Source of the DNA: Amoeboradix gromovi X-113
Taxonomy: Eukaryota > Fungi > Sanchytriomycota
DNA: 32,000 nt
Reading direction: 5' to 3'
Assembly: GCA_018985225.1 (NCBI GenBank)
Contig: JADGIF010000027.1
Span: 1-32,000, forward strand
Position numbers and translations under genes: made by a program. Under the pieces are notes generated by a model. That model had not been told where the DNA came from. It saw only the letters and a program-made list of their open reading frames with translations, and did not search any database. Below are positions 29,220-32,000 of the stretch, piece after piece. Position 1 is the stretch's first letter, and each line of letters opens with the position of its first letter.

Positions 29220-30059
29220 ATGACTTGGTTTCGTGAAAAGCAACAGCTATGGAAAGGACAGCAAATGTCACTTGAGATTGAAGAGATGCTATATCAAGGT
29301 AAGTCCAAGTATCAGGAAATCGAAATCTTTCAGTCAACTACATATGGCCGGGTGCTAGTTTTAGACGGAGTAATTCAATGTACTGAAAAGGACGAATGTA
29401 GTTATCAGGAAATGCTGGCTCATTTAGCCATGCAGGCTCATCCAAATCCTACAAAAATTCTAGTAATTGGGGGTGGCGATGGTGGAATTATCAGAGAAAT
29501 ACTGAAATACAAGCAAGCTACAGATATTCATATTTGCGAGATTGATGCTGTAGTTATTGATAAATGCAAAGAATTTATTCCTTCAATGGCCCATTCTTTT
29601 GATGATCCTAAGGTTAATATTCATATTAGAGATGGGTTTGAATTTTTAAATGAAAACATTGACGAATTCGATGTGATAGTTACGGACAGTAGTGATCCGG
29701 TTGGTCCGGCTGAGAGCCTTTATCAAGCCACTTATTTTGATCTTGTTTACCGATCTTTGAAGTCTGATGGGGTGTTCACAATGCAAGGTGAATGTATGTG
29801 GCTACATACCAAGCTGATTAAAAAATGCATGGATGATTTAAGACACAGTCGATTTAAGCAAGTAGAGTACGCATGGACCAGTGTTCCTACTTATCCGTGC
29901 GGTACAATTGGGTTCCTTGTTGCGTGTAAATCAGGTTTGAGTAACGTTAAAGTACCCCAACAGTCATGCGATGATATGCAATTAAAGTTTTATTCTAGCG
30001 AACTCCATACTGCTAGTTTTGTTAAACCAAAGTTTGTTGAGGAAGCATTAAGACAATAA
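29220..30059 (+). CDS. SPE3: Spermidine synthase
   Basis: WFRE, KSKYQEI, LVLDGVIQCTEKDE, VIGGGDGG, DSSDPVGPA and VPTYPCG motifs. Confidence 0.96.
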   Translation: MTWFREKQQLWKGQQMSLEIEEMLYQGKSKYQEIEIFQSTTYGRVLVLDGVIQCTEKDECSYQEMLAHLAMQAHPNPTKILVIGGGDGGIIREILKYKQATDIHICEIDAVVIDKCKEFIPSMAHSFDDPKVNIHIRDGFEFLNENIDEFDVIVTDSSDPVGPAESLYQATYFDLVYRSLKSDGVFTMQGECMWLHTKLIKKCMDDLRHSRFKQVEYAWTSVPTYPCGTIGFLVACKSGLSNVKVPQQSCDDMQLKFYSSELHTASFVKPKFVEEALRQ

Positions 30060-30197
30060 AAACTCCATGTTTTTTCAAGCACGCTTTCTGTATTCACTAG
30101 ACTTATCTTTGTTTAGTTTGCCGATGTTAATGATGATCATAGAAGAGTGAAATAATCTGACCAAACATATCATAATCATTTGTCATGTGTTTAAAAT

Positions 30198-30632
30198 ATG
30201 GCCACTCAAACTCTTTCTTTTTATCATCCGTTTTTCCCCATTCCATTTTTTATGGAGCATATCCCATTTGTCGCATTTCTTATTGCCTTGATTTTCATTC
30301 ATTATTATAACATGGAAAACAATAATACTACACCAAAAGTGCTATACACTATGAAATTTGAAGTGTTTGGTAAAGTTCAGGGTGTCTATTTTCGCAAATA
30401 TACTAAAGATTTTGCAGATTCTCTAAAACTGAGAGGATTTGTTAAAAACACAGTCAGAAATACGGTTATCGGTGAAGCTCAGGGACCGTTGCCAGATATT
30501 AATCAGTTAAAACTATTTCTGGAAAAGCAAGGTTCACCAATGAGTAAAATTCAGAAATTAAACACTGAAATTGAGATTATAAAGGAGTTTACGTTTACAG
30601 ACTTTGAACTGATAAGAAAGCGCAAATCATAG
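30198..30632 (+). CDS. Acylphosphatase; start codon uncertain, possible N-terminal hydrophobic extension
   Basis: FEVFGKVQGVYFRKYT, GFVKN and GSPMSKI motifs. Confidence 0.9.
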   Translation: MATQTLSFYHPFFPIPFFMEHIPFVAFLIALIFIHYYNMENNNTTPKVLYTMKFEVFGKVQGVYFRKYTKDFADSLKLRGFVKNTVRNTVIGEAQGPLPDINQLKLFLEKQGSPMSKIQKLNTEIEIIKEFTFTDFELIRKRKS

Positions 30633-30686
30633 CTCGGTCAAAATAAATCTAGATTGAAATAAAAAGATAACTTTGTTTTCAAGTAT

Positions 30687-32000
30687 TTACTTAACCATTT
30701 TATTCACCAACTGGTTTATGCTGTCCTCATACGCAATTGGCAAATGATCACTCAACATTGTCTTTGAGAATGTCAAATGTCCAAATACCTGCGCAACATC
30801 ATCAACTTGATCCAAGCTAATCAACACCTGCTCAGTCTCATGGAAATAAGAGGAGCCTTGCGCATCTGTGGTGTAGATACGAGATGTACTTGACGCGCTC
30901 GGATATAATGAATGTGCAGCCCAATTGGTGAAAGATGAAAGGAACTGAGTTGCTGAAGAAGTGTAGTTGGTTACTGTACTTGATACTGTGCTAACTATAG
31001 TAGCTGCTTCTTGTGCTGTATCTTCCGGATGTTCCACTGTAATTGCTGCGATGCTCTTTGGTATTCGTTTATTGATTGTTCTACATCTGATCCACAACAC
31101 TTTACCGGCAGGTACCAATTTGACAGCCTTACTTGCTTTAGTAATTCCCTTCATTGCTATCCATAGATACTCTTCGTCTACCTTTTCGCTAATGTCTAAT
31201 CCCAAAGAATGAGAAATAATCTTTTCACTACAGTTTGGTTCAAAATCACCCAAAAAGTCAATCATGTACTTCAGATCCTGAACTAGCCCTAAACTAAGAG
31301 TAGGAACCATATCATTGCCATGAACAACAGATGTTATCAGATACTGACATTTCTGGCTCAATGCCTGATCCACAATGCACGGAATACCATATGCAAAACA
31401 CTTGATGGATGTTTTACTGCCATTGAACAACAATTTGGAGGTTTTATTTACTAGCACATCACTCCACAAGATAGCCAACATTCCTGCGATCCCACCGCCC
31501 AGAGAATGTCCTGTAAGTATAAGATTATATGAACTGTTGATCAATAGTGCATCCTTGACATCTTCTATAATATGTGATTCTAGTTTCCTAGCACATTCCA
31601 ATATCCCCTTATGCACTTTATGACCATTGAAGTCAGTATATTCACAAGTGAAATCAGTCAAGGCGTCACTTAAACCCATTGTACCGCGGAATGTCAGTAC
31701 TACTGACTCATTGGAATGATCTACACTTAAATAATAGACAACAGGTCCCATTTCCAACTTTTTTTGAAGCTTTAATGAATTTAGAGTTTCGTCCACAATA
31801 TGAATCGGATGACTTCCTTGTTTGTTAGATTCCTGATATGTACTAGAGATGATGTCTTGCGGTGGAATATTAACTTTGTGGGCAAAAGACCAGTGATTTG
31901 GATGGCAAATATCACCATAAACACTTGGAACCTTTTTGACACCAAATATTCTCATAAATCGCTTACCATACGCAGCCAATGAGTACTGTATATACATTTG
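30687..32000 (-). CDS. Class-3 lipase (diacylglycerol-lipase-like); 5' part probably lies outside the window
   Basis: VVLTFRGT, VHKG, GHSLGG, HGNDMVP and DHLP motifs; the frame is open to the window edge. Confidence 0.88.
   Translation of the reverse strand, partial: QMYIQYSLAAYGKRFMRIFGVKKVPSVYGDICHPNHWSFAHKVNIPPQDIISSTYQESNKQGSHPIHIVDETLNSLKLQKKLEMGPVVYYLSVDHSNESVVLTFRGTMGLSDALTDFTCEYTDFNGHKVHKGILECARKLESHIIEDVKDALLINSSYNLILTGHSLGGGIAGMLAILWSDVLVNKTSKLLFNGSKTSIKCFAYGIPCIVDQALSQKCQYLITSVVHGNDMVPTLSLGLVQDLKYMIDFLGDFEPNCSEKIISHSLGLDISEKVDEEYLWIAMKGITKASKAVKLVPAGKVLWIRCRTINKRIPKSIAAITVEHPEDTAQEAATIVSTVSSTVTNYTSSATQFLSSFTNWAAHSLYPSASSTSRIYTTDAQGSSYFHETEQVLISLDQVDDVAQVFGHLTFSKTMLSDHLPIAYEDSINQLVNKMVK

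Overview
Gene-dense, AT-rich eukaryotic genomic DNA using the standard genetic code. The gene content and sequences suggest an early-diverging fungus or other holomycotan; this is inference, and the taxon cannot be fixed from sequence alone. About 17 protein genes are packed with short spacers: proteasome chaperone Nas2, an alpha/beta-hydrolase + DUSP11-like phosphatase fusion, Xaa-Pro aminopeptidase, class I HDAC, a small basic protein, a 1875-aa LRR multi-TM receptor, fatty-acid elongase, an IF3-like protein, an RFC small subunit, an orphan, cullin-4, an ABCF ATPase, a secreted Gln/Met/Pro repeat protein, a ROCK/MRCK-family kinase, spermidine synthase, acylphosphatase and a partial class-3 lipase. 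The main result is that every apparent frameshift in a conserved gene is resolved by a GT-AG intron of exactly 19 nt. There are six such introns in five host genes, with consensus GTAYTW-NNN-RYTWATDTAG and an invariant putative branch A at -6. A seventh 19-nt intron lies inside a Fanzor relic. The accessory regions (1-135, 15.1-18.4 kb, 23.4-23.9 kb) hold several decayed Fanzor/TnpB-like RNA-guided nuclease genes, a 68-bp perfect inverted repeat and a dispersed ~135-bp repeat.
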